Under the pieces are notes generated by a model that was given only the letters and a program-made list of their open reading frames with translations, had not been told where the DNA came from and made no database searches. Below are positions 9,211-19,574 of a DNA stretch of 64,000 nt, piece by piece (positions within the stretch are counted from its first letter, which is position 1; every line of letters begins with the position of its first letter). The DNA is from Promethearchaeia archaeon (lineage in GTDB: Archaea > Asgardarchaeota > Lokiarchaeia > Sigyniarchaeales > SOKP01). A program made the translations under genes and the position numbers. The DNA is taken from positions 15,316-79,315 of the forward strand of contig JAHQWK010000028.1 of assembly GCA_029856145.1 (NCBI GenBank). Reading direction: 5' to 3'.

Positions 9211-9831
9211 ATTATAATAAAACATCGGGGTTTCGAACCTAAATTTGATTCCTCTGTATTTATAGCACCTACAGCTGCTGTTATAGGTAAAATTTTGATT
9301 GGAAAAGATTCAAGGATAATGTATGGTTCTGTTCTTGATTCAGAGGCCTCTAAGATCGAAATTGGTGAATGCTCAGTAATATGTGAAAATGCTGTTCTTA
9401 GAGCTACAGCATCAGGAAATCTTGAATATCCTGTAATTATTGGTGATCATGTTTTTATTTCACCACAATCAACTCTTATTGGTTGTAAAGTTGAATCTAA
9501 TTCATATATAGCTACTGGTGCCACTATCTTGCAAGGTGCCATTGTCCAATCTGGTGCTGCAGTTGCTGTTGGAGCTTTTGTTCATGCAAAAACACTTGTT
9601 CCAGCTAATTCATTTATTCCTCCAAATAACATTGCTATTGGAGATCCTATCAAAATTTATCGTCCAAAAGATCAAGAGGCATTAGCTAAAGCTATAAAAT
9701 CAATTGAATTTGCGAAAGTGGCTTTTAATGTTGATGCAAAATGGGAAAATCGCTTTGAGAGGTATAGACAAGCTACACAGGTAAGATCAAAAGAATTTGA
9801 GAGTCATTTTAATGATGAGATAATTGGTTGA
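9211..9831 (+). CDS. Gamma-carbonic anhydrase-like hexapeptide-repeat protein; N-terminus extended to a non-AUG start
   Basis: Left-handed beta-helix repeats. The frame is open upstream of the ORF-track start (9295) as IIIKHRGFEPKFDSSVFIAPTAAVIG, back to TGA 9202-9204. Confidence 0.85.
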   Translation: MIIKHRGFEPKFDSSVFIAPTAAVIGKILIGKDSRIMYGSVLDSEASKIEIGECSVICENAVLRATASGNLEYPVIIGDHVFISPQSTLIGCKVESNSYIATGATILQGAIVQSGAAVAVGAFVHAKTLVPANSFIPPNNIAIGDPIKIYRPKDQEALAKAIKSIEFAKVAFNVDAKWENRFERYRQATQVRSKEFESHFNDEIIG

Positions 9832-10780
9832 GACAAATAAATCTTTGTTATCTAATATGAAAGGGATTAATTTTATTACTGCTCGTACAAAAGTTCTATG
9901 CATTATTGGGTATCCAATTGAACATTCTATGAGTCCAATAATGCATAATGCTGCGATCCAAGACCTTAACCTTAATTATATTTATTTAGCATTCAGTATT
10001 TATCCTAATAATTTAGAACTTGCTGTAGAGGCATTTAGAGCATTTAATATTAAAGGAATAAACGTGACTATCCCTTTCAAACAAAAAATCATGGAATACT
10101 TAGATGATATTGATACTATAACACAGAAAATTGGAGCAATAAATACAATCAAAAATGATAAAGGATATTTAACTGGTAGAAATACGGATGCAGAAGGCGG
10201 TAAAAAGGCAATATTGAATGCAGGGTATACAATTTTGGGAAAAAATATCTTATTATTAGGAGCTGGTGGAGCTGCAAGAGCTTTGAGTTACATTTTAGCG
10301 AATGATGTAAATAAAATAGTAATAGCAAATAGAACTGAAAAGAGAGCAGAAAAGCTTACAAATGAATTGAAAAAAAGTTTTGGGATAAATGCTGAGCCAA
10401 AGAAATTTAATAATTATGTCTTGAGAGAAGAAGCGAAAACAGCTGATATCTTAATCAATACAACTCCAGTTGGAATGTATCCGAACGTTGATAAATCACC
10501 AATACCTGCAGAATTTTTGCATAAAGACTTAATTGTTTTTGATGTAGTCTATAACCCATTAGAGACTAAATTAATAAAAGAAGCCACTAAAAAAGGATGT
10601 AAAACACTAGGGGGTTTAGATATGTTAGTTAATCAAGGTGCTTCTGCATTTGAGTGGTGGACTAATAAAAAGCCAAATGTTAATTTAATGAAAAAGATAA
10701 TTATTGAATTTCTTAGTAAGAAAGAATATGAATTTTTTAAAAATAAAAATAATAAAAAAAATAATAAATTATTGTATTGA
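9824..10780 (+). CDS. aroE: Shikimate dehydrogenase
   Basis: IGYPIEHSMSPIMHN, NVTIPFK, GAINT, NTD, LGAGGAARA, INTTPVGM, DVVYNP. Confidence 0.96.
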   Translation: MVETNKSLLSNMKGINFITARTKVLCIIGYPIEHSMSPIMHNAAIQDLNLNYIYLAFSIYPNNLELAVEAFRAFNIKGINVTIPFKQKIMEYLDDIDTITQKIGAINTIKNDKGYLTGRNTDAEGGKKAILNAGYTILGKNILLLGAGGAARALSYILANDVNKIVIANRTEKRAEKLTNELKKSFGINAEPKKFNNYVLREEAKTADILINTTPVGMYPNVDKSPIPAEFLHKDLIVFDVVYNPLETKLIKEATKKGCKTLGGLDMLVNQGASAFEWWTNKKPNVNLMKKIIIEFLSKKEYEFFKNKNNKKNNKLLY

Positions 10781-11137
10781 GGTTCCACAAAGTGCACAAA
10801 ATTTGGCATTTGCACTAATATCTAGCTCAGATCCACAATTAAAGCAGAATTTTGATTTTTCTTCAATCTGTTGCGGTTCTATAATAATTTTTTGATTCTC
10901 TGGTTGATTAGAAGCACTAATTACCTGATAATTTGAACTTGGTTGATTATTTTCCTTTCGTTCATAACAAATTGAATCACAGTGAATACAGCGGGGTTTA
11001 TGTGATTTATCTAAGTAAACAGCAACATAAATTAATAACCCGATACCACCAGTGAATATAGCTAAAATAATTGCTAAGCCAATATTGAAATCATTTGGTT
11101 TTGTATATACATTCATCTTACATTTTTGACAATACAT
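10769..11137 (-). CDS. LITAF-like zinc/membrane domain plus C-terminal zinc ribbon
   Basis: CQKC, hydrophobic stretch, CIHC; then CFNC...CALC. Confidence 0.8.
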   Translation of the reverse strand: MYCQKCKMNVYTKPNDFNIGLAIILAIFTGGIGLLIYVAVYLDKSHKPRCIHCDSICYERKENNQPSSNYQVISASNQPENQKIIIEPQQIEEKSKFCFNCGSELDISANAKFCALCGTSIQ

Positions 11138-11269
11138 TTTTCTATCACTCCAAAATATATAATTTTTTATTTAATTACAAGGAGATTTTGATTGAATTAA
11201 AAAAATTTGGAGTCCAATTTTTAAAATCGATGAATATTAATATTTCTACAAAGGAATAAAATTAAAAAA

Positions 11270-11644
11270 TTAATTATCTGTAATTTGACTTCCGCAAGTC
11301 GGACAAAATTTTATTCCCAAATCTAATTTTTCTCCACAAAGGGCACAAAAATTAGGTCTAGCTCCTGTGACTTCTTCAGTTGTGTTTATAGGTGCGGCAT
11401 ATGAAGCATTTTGAATTTGAGGTTGAGATTGAATTGTATAGGGGGTTGAAGTTTGAAAAGCTGTAACTTTAGTTCCGCAATGGACACAATGTTGTTTTGG
11501 TTTATTATAGTAAATAGCGAGGTAAATTATTAAGCCAATTCCCGCTGTAAAAATTAATAATATTATTGCAAGACAAGTATCTATCCCTTCACGAGTCAAT
11601 AATACATTTTGCTGACAACGGGGGCAATAAGCAGTATCACTCAT
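11270..11644 (-). CDS. LITAF-like zinc/membrane domain plus C-terminal zinc ribbon (paralog)
   Basis: CPRC, LAIILLIFTAGIGLIIYLAIYY, HCVHC; then CALC...CPTC. Confidence 0.8.
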   Translation of the reverse strand: MSDTAYCPRCQQNVLLTREGIDTCLAIILLIFTAGIGLIIYLAIYYNKPKQHCVHCGTKVTAFQTSTPYTIQSQPQIQNASYAAPINTTEEVTGARPNFCALCGEKLDLGIKFCPTCGSQITDN

Positions 11645-11704
11645 TTAAATTTCTTTAACCTTTATTTATTTCTTTTAATAATTAAAAATAATTATTATAT
11701 ATTT

Positions 11705-12091
11705 CTATTCTTTAATAGTAGTTCCACAAATAGGGCAAACTGTCCCTTGATTTAGTATTTCTTCTTGACAATATGGGCAAATTATTCTTTCTTCCTTTTC
11801 AGTTTTTTCTTGATCAATTGTTTGAAGTATTCGGGCAATTTGGGCTCTTGGTTCAGGAAATTCTTCTTGTGAATTGTAAAAATCTAATCTATTTTGGCAC
11901 GTAGGACAAAGATTTCTTTTTAAGATAACATAACGATAAATTAGAAAAGGAACTAAAGCAATCCCTAATGAAGAAATGATAGTAAGAATCCAAACGTTAT
12001 AATACATATTATCCATAGTCCTTCTTTTTGGCTTCAAAATTTCTTTCTCACAATTATCACAATATGCGAAATTTTTACCCATTTCTCTCAT
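11705..12091 (-). CDS. LITAF-like zinc/membrane domain plus C-terminal zinc ribbon (divergent paralog)
   Basis: CDNC, hydrophobic stretch, CPTC; then CPYC...CPIC. Confidence 0.75.
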   Translation of the reverse strand: MREMGKNFAYCDNCEKEILKPKRRTMDNMYYNVWILTIISSLGIALVPFLIYRYVILKRNLCPTCQNRLDFYNSQEEFPEPRAQIARILQTIDQEKTEKEERIICPYCQEEILNQGTVCPICGTTIKE

Positions 12092-12291
12092 TTTAAATAA
12101 GATAATTTAACCATTTTAAATTTTCTGATAGGTTTTCATAATTATTTATAAATATAGTCTATTTTCCTTTATTTTGTTAAAAATTTAATAATTTAAATTA
12201 ATTAAAAATAAAAAAAATAAGTCCTTATTAATAATTATTTACTAAATCTAAGTTGAAATTTCTCCAATAAAAAATTTATTTTTAAATTAAT

Positions 12292-12897
12292 TTGATGCAA
12301 AAATCTTTATTTATTGTTTTGGAAGGAGGAGATGCTGCAGGAACTACAACTCATAGTCATCTTCTTAAAGGTTTTTTAGAAGGCAAAGGTTTTAAAGTTC
12401 ATTTAACACAAGAACCTTCACAAAGCAAAATAGGAAAACTTTTAAGAGAATTTTTGAAAAACAAAGATATTCCACCTACTACAGATGCTTTATTGTTTGC
12501 AGCGGATAGAAATCTCCATTATAAAATTGAAATAAAAAATAAACTTGAAGAGGGTTTTATCGTTATTTCTGATCGATATATAGAATCTTCAATAGTATAT
12601 CAATCTATACAATCTCATGAAATTTCAGTTGAATGGGTTAAAGAAATAAATAAATTTGTAGGTTTGCCCGATATTACAATAATTTTGGATATCGATCCGA
12701 AAATTGCTTTAGCAAGAAAAGAGGATGAAGATTTAGAAAAATTTGAAGATACTTCATTCTTAGATAAAGTAAGAAATCTTTATCTTCAACGTGCTAAACA
12801 AGAAGGCTATTACATAATCAGCTCGGATGCTATTATTGAATTTGTCCAAGAGAAAATTCAAAAGATTATTATTGATAAATTAAAAAATATGAGCTAA
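12292..12897 (+). CDS. tmk: Thymidylate kinase
   Basis: FIVLEGGDAAGTTT, TQEPS, ALLFAADR, VISDRYIESSIVYQ, PDITIILD. Confidence 0.93.
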   Translation: MMQKSLFIVLEGGDAAGTTTHSHLLKGFLEGKGFKVHLTQEPSQSKIGKLLREFLKNKDIPPTTDALLFAADRNLHYKIEIKNKLEEGFIVISDRYIESSIVYQSIQSHEISVEWVKEINKFVGLPDITIILDIDPKIALARKEDEDLEKFEDTSFLDKVRNLYLQRAKQEGYYIISSDAIIEFVQEKIQKIIIDKLKNMS

Positions 12898-12990
12898 TTT
12901 ATTGAACTAAATAGTAAAACATATATTTTCCTATAATATAACAGAAATAGAGTAAATTTAATCAGAAATCATATATTTTTTATTACAACA

Positions 12991-14280
12991 TTGAAAACTG
13001 GAACTCCCTCACAAGAACAATCTTTTAATGTTGATAGGCTATATAATTATGTTAAGATTTTTAGCTTTCCTCGCTTAGTTGGGACAAGTGGAGAAAAGAA
13101 AGCTGTTGAATTAACAATAAAAACTTTTAAAGATATTGGATTTAATGAGATACAAATCCAAAAAGAACCTTTTAAATTTTCTGATTTTTATTCTACTACA
13201 CTCATAAAGCTAATTATGGTCATTAATTTAACCTTTTCCTTGTTTATCTTGATGTTTGTATATATTAATTTATTTATTACGATCTTTATAGGGGGAATCA
13301 TGGCAATTTTTCTTTTTTTACTCGTTAAAGGGCTAAAACATCCTGAAATTCCTGGTTTTTGGGGCGAATATTATGGAAAGATTATTTCAGCCACTAATGT
13401 TTTTATAAAAATACCAGCCAAGAATCTAACAACTGAAGATGCCGGAAACATTATAATTTCAGCACATTTAGATTCTAAATCTCAAACGTTTAAGACATAT
13501 TGGAGAGTATTTTTTTATAAAGTGTGGTTATATAGTGGGATTTTTCTTGGAGGATTTTTTATAGCTCTATTTATTCACGCCTATACTATAATAGAAATAG
13601 ATCTATTGATATTAGGACTTGGTGTATGGATTTTTACTATATTAATCTCAATTTCAAATATATTTTTAATGTTTTTAAATACTCATAATTATTCTCCCGG
13701 AGCATTAGATAATGCTTCTGGAATGTCAGTCGTATTTGAATTAAGCAAAAGATTTAAAGAAAACCCACTTGATAACTTCAACGTCTGGATTTGTCAATTT
13801 TCTGCTGAAGAACTGGGAACAATGGGTTCCAGAGTTTTTGTAAACAATCACGAAGGTGAATTTATAAAAGGCAGAATATTTCAAATTAATTTAGATATGA
13901 TTTCTTGCATAAACGAATCCAGAAATCAAATAGAATATCTGAAATCATATGGGATTTTACCTCGAAAGAAAATTGCACCCCTCCTTAGTAAATACTTAGA
14001 AAAAGCTGCTATTGCTGAAAAAGTGAATATAAAAGGATTTCATTTATCAACAGGAGCACATACTGATTCTGTTCCTTTTCATCTAAGAGGATATGATTCT
14101 GTTGACATTGTCACAAGAGCTGGTGCTAAATATACCCATAATAAGGTTGATAGACATGATAAAGTTGATCCTCAAGTATTATTAGAAGCATGTTTAATAG
14201 TTTGGAGAGTAGTTCTTTCTTTAGATAAGGATTATGAAATATTATGTAAAAATCAGGAACTAATATGTGACTTTAATTAA
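12991..14280 (+). CDS. Membrane-embedded M28 family metallopeptidase
   Basis: SAHLDSK, GALDNASG, SAEELG, NLDM, YTH...D; four inserted TM segments. Confidence 0.85.
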   Translation: MKTGTPSQEQSFNVDRLYNYVKIFSFPRLVGTSGEKKAVELTIKTFKDIGFNEIQIQKEPFKFSDFYSTTLIKLIMVINLTFSLFILMFVYINLFITIFIGGIMAIFLFLLVKGLKHPEIPGFWGEYYGKIISATNVFIKIPAKNLTTEDAGNIIISAHLDSKSQTFKTYWRVFFYKVWLYSGIFLGGFFIALFIHAYTIIEIDLLILGLGVWIFTILISISNIFLMFLNTHNYSPGALDNASGMSVVFELSKRFKENPLDNFNVWICQFSAEELGTMGSRVFVNNHEGEFIKGRIFQINLDMISCINESRNQIEYLKSYGILPRKKIAPLLSKYLEKAAIAEKVNIKGFHLSTGAHTDSVPFHLRGYDSVDIVTRAGAKYTHNKVDRHDKVDPQVLLEACLIVWRVVLSLDKDYEILCKNQELICDFN

Positions 14281-14312
14281 TCAGTTAAAGAAGAAATTAT
14301 TGAATTAAGTCG

Positions 14313-14849
14313 TTACATTAACTCTTCGATTTCTTTTTGAATTTTTTCAATTCTGTTTTTGGATTTTTCAAGTAATTTTGTTTTTCCATATTTACCAAAC
14401 CATCTATTAAATCTTTCTTGAATTGATACTTCTCTGGTACCAGCCATATGTTTATCTGCTAGACATATGATTTTTTCTTCTAAAGTCGAAGGTAAATAAT
14501 CTCTTTCAGGTAAACCTACTTTTTTCGCATCTTCTTTATCTAAACCACCTAATATATGAGTCTCACAGATTCTAGCAAGTTTAACTGAAAGTCCTCTATG
14601 TTTTAAGATTTTACCCCCTATTAATGCATGTTTAAAACCATGAGTTTTTGTTCTTCCAATATCATGCAGTAAGGCGCCAATTTCAATTAAATTCATATCT
14701 ACTTTAACTTTTTTTATTTTTTGAGCAATTTCTATAGCTTTATCAGCAACTTTTTCTGAATGGCGTCTAACAGAAAGCGGAATTTTCAAAATCTTTAATA
14801 AATCTAATGCAAACTCTCGATCGGGTAAAATCTCTTCTTTATTAACCAT
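14313..14849 (-). CDS. HD-domain (HDIG) metal-dependent phosphohydrolase
   Basis: RRHS, ALLHDIGR, HALIG, ETHI, EEKIICLADK. Confidence 0.9.
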   Translation of the reverse strand: MVNKEEILPDREFALDLLKILKIPLSVRRHSEKVADKAIEIAQKIKKVKVDMNLIEIGALLHDIGRTKTHGFKHALIGGKILKHRGLSVKLARICETHILGGLDKEDAKKVGLPERDYLPSTLEEKIICLADKHMAGTREVSIQERFNRWFGKYGKTKLLEKSKNRIEKIQKEIEELM

Positions 14850-14984
14850 TAGTTTTTATAATTTACCAATTAACTTTAAGTTTTAGATATGTGAAAATTC
14901 ATTCAGTGGCAATTCTAGCCAAGAACTCTACAATTATAAAAGTGTAAATATCAATATGTGAAAAGAGCAAAGTGGAATATTTTC

Positions 14985-15470
14985 CTAGAATTCCTCATAA
15001 GGCCCGCTTATTAATCCACCAACTGATCCTCCTATTAATACCCCTATTAAAGCGCTAATTATACCTCCTAAAGTCTCAATTAACTGATTTTCTGTGAATA
15101 AAGCCATTAAATCCACCTGAGAAAAAATGCTTAATATAATCCAAATTGATAAAACTATAACAACCACTAATGAACCTGCAATTACGCCTCGTCTTAAACC
15201 CTTTGCAATTGTACCTGAGATATAACCAATGAAAATCCATGCTAAAATCTCTGGTGCAAAAAAGCCGAGGATGGAAGGAGATCCAGTGATAAATGAAATC
15301 ATATCAAAATCAAAATTTGCTCCAACTAATAATGCAGCTATTCTTAATACATCACTTCCAGCATGTAACTCAATTTGATTTAGAATAACCATCATATTAA
15401 AGAAAAAGGCTGAAAAAAAACTTAATATGACCCCAATGATAATGCTAATAACTAATCGATAGGAAGTCAT
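14985..15470 (-). CDS. Hypothetical membrane protein
   Basis: Four or more Gly-rich TM segments. Confidence 0.75.
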   Translation of the reverse strand: MTSYRLVISIIIGVILSFFSAFFFNMMVILNQIELHAGSDVLRIAALLVGANFDFDMISFITGSPSILGFFAPEILAWIFIGYISGTIAKGLRRGVIAGSLVVVIVLSIWIILSIFSQVDLMALFTENQLIETLGGIISALIGVLIGGSVGGLISGPYEEF

Positions 15471-15701
15471 TATTAATACAACTTTAGAATTAAAACCATG
15501 TTTGATAATTATATTCTAAGAATTATAATAATAATAAAAATCATTTTGCCATATTAATACTTTAGTTCTTAAGGTTTTACAAAAATCTACTCAATAAAAT
15601 ATTAAAGTTATCATGTATTCAATAATATATTCTTGAATTCGTTGAATTCTAAAATATTTTAATTACATTTACGTCAGAATAAAATAAATAAGGCTACAAT
15701 T

Positions 15702-16529
15702 TTGGCTCGAAAGAAAAAGAAAACCGAAGAAACGGAAGATAAGAAAAAGATCGAAACTATAGAGGATTTTAGCGAAGATCTTGATATCGATTTTGAAGAT
15801 GATCTTGATCTGGAAGAAGAACTTAACTTATTAGATACTGAAGATATTGAAGCTGGCCTTGAAGTAAAGGATAAACTAATCGATAAAGATGAAGAAAGAA
15901 AACAACTTTACTTAAGTTGTGGTATTCATATTGGAACAAAGTTATTAACGGGGGATGCAAGACGATTTATTTATAGACAGACTAATTATGGATTATATGT
16001 TATCGATTTAACACAAACAGATGAACGACTTAATATTGCAGCAAAATTTTTAAGTAAGTATGTTGAAGAAGGAAGTGATAGAGTTATCGTTACTTCAGTT
16101 CGGCGATATGGGAAAGAACCAGTTAAAAAATTTTGTGAGGTACTAGGGTGTAGAGCAATCACTTCGAGATTTATACCAGGCTCCCTTACAAATCCTATTA
16201 TTGATACTTATATCAAAGATGCAAGTGTAGTTTTAATTGTAGATCCTCACGCTGATAAAGTAATTTTACATGAAGCTAAATTAGCTCGAATTCCTGTAGT
16301 ATCTTTATTTGATACTGATGATACTCTTGATGGGATCGATCTTGCGGTTCCAGCAAATAATCGAGGTAAAAAAGCATTAGGCTTAGCATTTTGGCTATTA
16401 GCAAGGCATATAATGTTAGATCTAGGTAAAATATCGAGTGAAGAAGAGTTTCCCTATACTTTAGAAGAATTTACTTCAAAAATTGTTCCCGTATATCGTC
16501 AAGAACAACAAAGTCAAGCAAGAAGATGA
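15702..16529 (+). CDS. rps2: 30S ribosomal protein S2 (archaeal uS2) with basic/acidic N-terminal extension
   Basis: YLSCGIHIGTK, TDERLNIAAKFL, RFIPGSLTNP, DLAVPANNRGKKAL. Confidence 0.96.
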   Translation: MARKKKKTEETEDKKKIETIEDFSEDLDIDFEDDLDLEEELNLLDTEDIEAGLEVKDKLIDKDEERKQLYLSCGIHIGTKLLTGDARRFIYRQTNYGLYVIDLTQTDERLNIAAKFLSKYVEEGSDRVIVTSVRRYGKEPVKKFCEVLGCRAITSRFIPGSLTNPIIDTYIKDASVVLIVDPHADKVILHEAKLARIPVVSLFDTDDTLDGIDLAVPANNRGKKALGLAFWLLARHIMLDLGKISSEEEFPYTLEEFTSKIVPVYRQEQQSQARR

Positions 16530-16672
16530 TTTATTAAATATTAATATCTCACTTAATTAAATTTCAATTTCTTATAATAATCCTTTCACTTTTGAATTAT
16601 GTATATTAAATTTTTAACATAAAATCAATTATCTTTACATGAAGAATAAACACTCATCATAAACGGATTTTC

Positions 16673-17449
16673 ATGAAAAAAATAATAGCGTTTAGTGGTA
16701 AGGGCGGTGTTGGAAAAACTACCAGTTTAGCACTTTTTTTAAAATATATTTTAGAAACTAAGAATAAATTGGATATTTTGGTAATAGATTCTGACCCTGA
16801 TGCGAATATTGCTGATGTTATTGGAGAAGAGGTTCAATTCTGCGACACAATTGGCGGAAAGATGAAAATTTTAAAGGATAAAATTCAAAAAAGACAACTA
16901 CCTTTAGATGTACCAAAAAACCAAATTATTGAGGGGGATGTCTACAAATGTCTAATAGAGATGAATGAATTTGATCTTTTAGAAATGGGTCGCCAAGAAG
17001 GAGAAGGATGTTATTGTTATATAAATTCAGTATTAAAGAATGTAATTGATACACTTTCTAAAAATTATGATATTACGTTATTAGATTCTCCTGCGGGATT
17101 AGAACACTTTGCGCGAAAAACAGGTCGGGATGTGACAGATTTAGTCATTGTTACAGATCCTTCTAAAATGGGGATCCATACGTTAACACGCATATTAGAT
17201 ATCACAAAAGAATTAAATTTAAAATTTGAAAATATATGGGTGTTAGGAAATCGCTTTCCAGAAAATTTAAGGGGAATATTAGAAAAAGAAGTTGAAAATA
17301 TTAATCAGCAAAACTTGAAATTATTAGGTTTTATTTCAAACAACGATGAGATTAGTACGATTAACTTAACTGGTGGTAACTTGCTAGATTTATCACGAGA
17401 TAATTATTCATATCAGGAAGCTAAAGAAATATATGCGAAAATAATATAA
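16673..17449 (+). CDS. cooC: CO dehydrogenase/ACS nickel-insertion ATPase (CooC/AcsF family)
   Basis: GKGGVGKTT, IDSDPDAN, EGEGCYC, DSPAGLEHFAR. Confidence 0.88.
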   Translation: MKKIIAFSGKGGVGKTTSLALFLKYILETKNKLDILVIDSDPDANIADVIGEEVQFCDTIGGKMKILKDKIQKRQLPLDVPKNQIIEGDVYKCLIEMNEFDLLEMGRQEGEGCYCYINSVLKNVIDTLSKNYDITLLDSPAGLEHFARKTGRDVTDLVIVTDPSKMGIHTLTRILDITKELNLKFENIWVLGNRFPENLRGILEKEVENINQQNLKLLGFISNNDEISTINLTGGNLLDLSRDNYSYQEAKEIYAKII

Positions 17450-17451
17450 AA

Positions 17452-18114
17452 TTAAAGATAATCATTAATCTTTTTATTCCGAAAACGTTTTTCTACTCCA
17501 CCTCTCATCCCGGGTAGTTCAAAACACTTGTCAGGAATCATCTTTTTAAAGAAATCCTTATTTTCTCGTTCAGCAATAAATTGTGAACCGTATAGGGTCT
17601 CAAAAATTTGTTCACCAGAAAATTGGATATCTTCGAAATATGGAATAATTGGACGCTCTTTACTAACTCTTTCTACAACTTTTTTAAAGGGAGATTTAAC
17701 TTCTTGAATTACTCCTTTTTCATTAATTATCCCAGTTTTGCCAGAAAGTTCATTATGTAAGCAAATTATACCCTGAGGAAATCTTTCGTGAAAGTAATTT
17801 AATATAAAGTCCATTACTCGATGTTTAAGAGCAACAATTCCATATAATACACCTTTATTATTTATTTCTGTTCGTGTAAATTGTTTCGCACGATATGCTT
17901 CAGTAGACACCTCTCTCATCATATGATTAACTTTCTTTGCTAATGGAGTACCTGAATTACGTAGGATTACTTCAGGAGTTCTCTTAACTTGTCGGATTAG
18001 ATCAGGAGAAAATTTACAATGTCGGGGAAGATTATTAATCAATTCTTCATGTGAATGTCCTCTGGCACACCCAACAACTTCTAATGGATCTTTTTCATTT
18101 GCTCCCTTTCTCAT
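17452..18114 (-). CDS. DUF4130-like partner of the DNA-modification radical SAM protein
   Basis: REVSTEAYRAKQFTR, HFPxx-like FHERFP, LYGSQFIAEREN...KMIP; 4-nt overlap with the upstream rSAM gene. Confidence 0.7.
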   Translation of the reverse strand: MRKGANEKDPLEVVGCARGHSHEELINNLPRHCKFSPDLIRQVKRTPEVILRNSGTPLAKKVNHMMREVSTEAYRAKQFTRTEINNKGVLYGIVALKHRVMDFILNYFHERFPQGIICLHNELSGKTGIINEKGVIQEVKSPFKKVVERVSKERPIIPYFEDIQFSGEQIFETLYGSQFIAERENKDFFKKMIPDKCFELPGMRGGVEKRFRNKKINDYL

Positions 18115-19451
18115 ATAATCTCCTTATGGGAAATTTTACTATTATTGAGATCGATAAAATTATGAAGAGTTTTTTGGTTTTGTCCATTTATTAAGAGATA
18201 AGGATCAGCCCGTTTTAACACTACACCAACAGATTTTAGATCTTGTCGACGTCTAAATGAAAATTTTTGAGATTGCAGATTAATTATCCGTTTAGCAGAT
18301 ATTGGACCAATTCCAGGAACTCGGAGTAATTCTTGGTAAGTTGCTTGGTTTGGATCTACTAGTCCATGATCTTTAAAATATTTCCTTGCTAAATGAATCT
18401 TCGGATCTCCCTTAGGTAAATTACCCTCTTCTGTTATAATATCTTTCAAATCATTTAATTTATAATGATATATCCGTAGGAGCCAATCACTTTGATATAA
18501 CCGATGTTCCCTTTCTAATGAAGCCGCTTGTTTACCCGCTAATGGTGTACCTTCGATTGGAATAAAAGCAGAAAAATAAGCACGCCTTAGATCAATTTCT
18601 CGATATCCCCAATCGATTCTTTTGAGTAAGTCATAATCACTTTCATTTTCGGCAGCCCCCACTACAAATTGGGTTGTCTGACCACTATTGAGAATTGGAG
18701 CACCATCCCATCGAAATTTTTTATACCCATTTTCTCGTCGATCCTTAATCTTTTTTTGTTGGAATTTCAGTTGATTATCTTGCTTTAAATCTTTCATAAT
18801 TTTAAGGGTATCTTCATTGTGTCTAATACGAATCTGTTTTAACCAGCGCTGTCGTGTTATAATATCATTGTTGAAATCTTTTTGTTCTGCGATCTCTGCA
18901 AGGTAAGCTTTAGAGGAGGCCTCCATATTTATTGAAATACGATCAGAAAGAGAAATCGCTTCTTTAAGAAGATATTGGCTCACACCAGGTAAACACTTAA
19001 AATGTACATATCCTCGAAAATTATATTTGAATCGAAGGAGCCTAATTGCTTCTAGCATTTCTTCGGTTGTATCATCTGCACTTCTACAAACTCCTGATGA
19101 AATGAACACGCCCTCAGCTACATTCATCGAATAGAGCTTCATGAATGTACGAGCATATTCTTCTGGTGTAAAGCTCATCTTTCGCTTACAACTATGAGAA
19201 AAGCAATATTTACAATTGTAGATACATTTGTTAGTATAAAGAGTTTTAAAAAGACTCATGCAACGCCCATCAGGAGTATAACTATGACAAATCCCGGCAC
19301 TTGCAGTAGCCCCAATCCATTTTTTTGAATCTCCAAAAAGTTTTGGATATTTATTTGTACGACTTGAAGCGGTACTGGCACAAATATCATATTTAGAATT
19401 TTCTCCTAAAATTCGTATCTTTTCTAAAACAGAAGGCACTTTACCCATCAA
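18111..19451 (-). CDS. Putative DNA modification/repair radical SAM protein with C-terminal HhH (TIGR03916-like)
   Basis: KYDICAS, GICHSYTPDGRC, CIYNCKYC, REHRLYQSDWLLR, LLRVPGIGPISA. Confidence 0.9.
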   Translation of the reverse strand: MMGKVPSVLEKIRILGENSKYDICASTASSRTNKYPKLFGDSKKWIGATASAGICHSYTPDGRCMSLFKTLYTNKCIYNCKYCFSHSCKRKMSFTPEEYARTFMKLYSMNVAEGVFISSGVCRSADDTTEEMLEAIRLLRFKYNFRGYVHFKCLPGVSQYLLKEAISLSDRISINMEASSKAYLAEIAEQKDFNNDIITRQRWLKQIRIRHNEDTLKIMKDLKQDNQLKFQQKKIKDRRENGYKKFRWDGAPILNSGQTTQFVVGAAENESDYDLLKRIDWGYREIDLRRAYFSAFIPIEGTPLAGKQAASLEREHRLYQSDWLLRIYHYKLNDLKDIITEEGNLPKGDPKIHLARKYFKDHGLVDPNQATYQELLRVPGIGPISAKRIINLQSQKFSFRRRQDLKSVGVVLKRADPYLLINGQNQKTLHNFIDLNNSKISHKEII

Positions 19452-19574
19452 TTAAGTAGATTAACATACCCTAATAAGGTATATATGTTTAACTCTTGAT
19501 ATTTACCTTATAAAAAGAGGGGGATATAGAATTTTCAAAACAATTTTTATTATCTGAAAAACTTACTAAATTTT

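Noticed and set aside
12292-12897. TMK P-loop GTTT lacking the Lys, read as an inactive enzyme
   Set aside because: GTTT variants occur in other thymidylate kinases and all other motifs are intact.
14887-14964. ATATGTGAAAA repeated twice in an intergenic gap
   Set aside because: Short AT-rich repeat with no supporting structure; could be chance.
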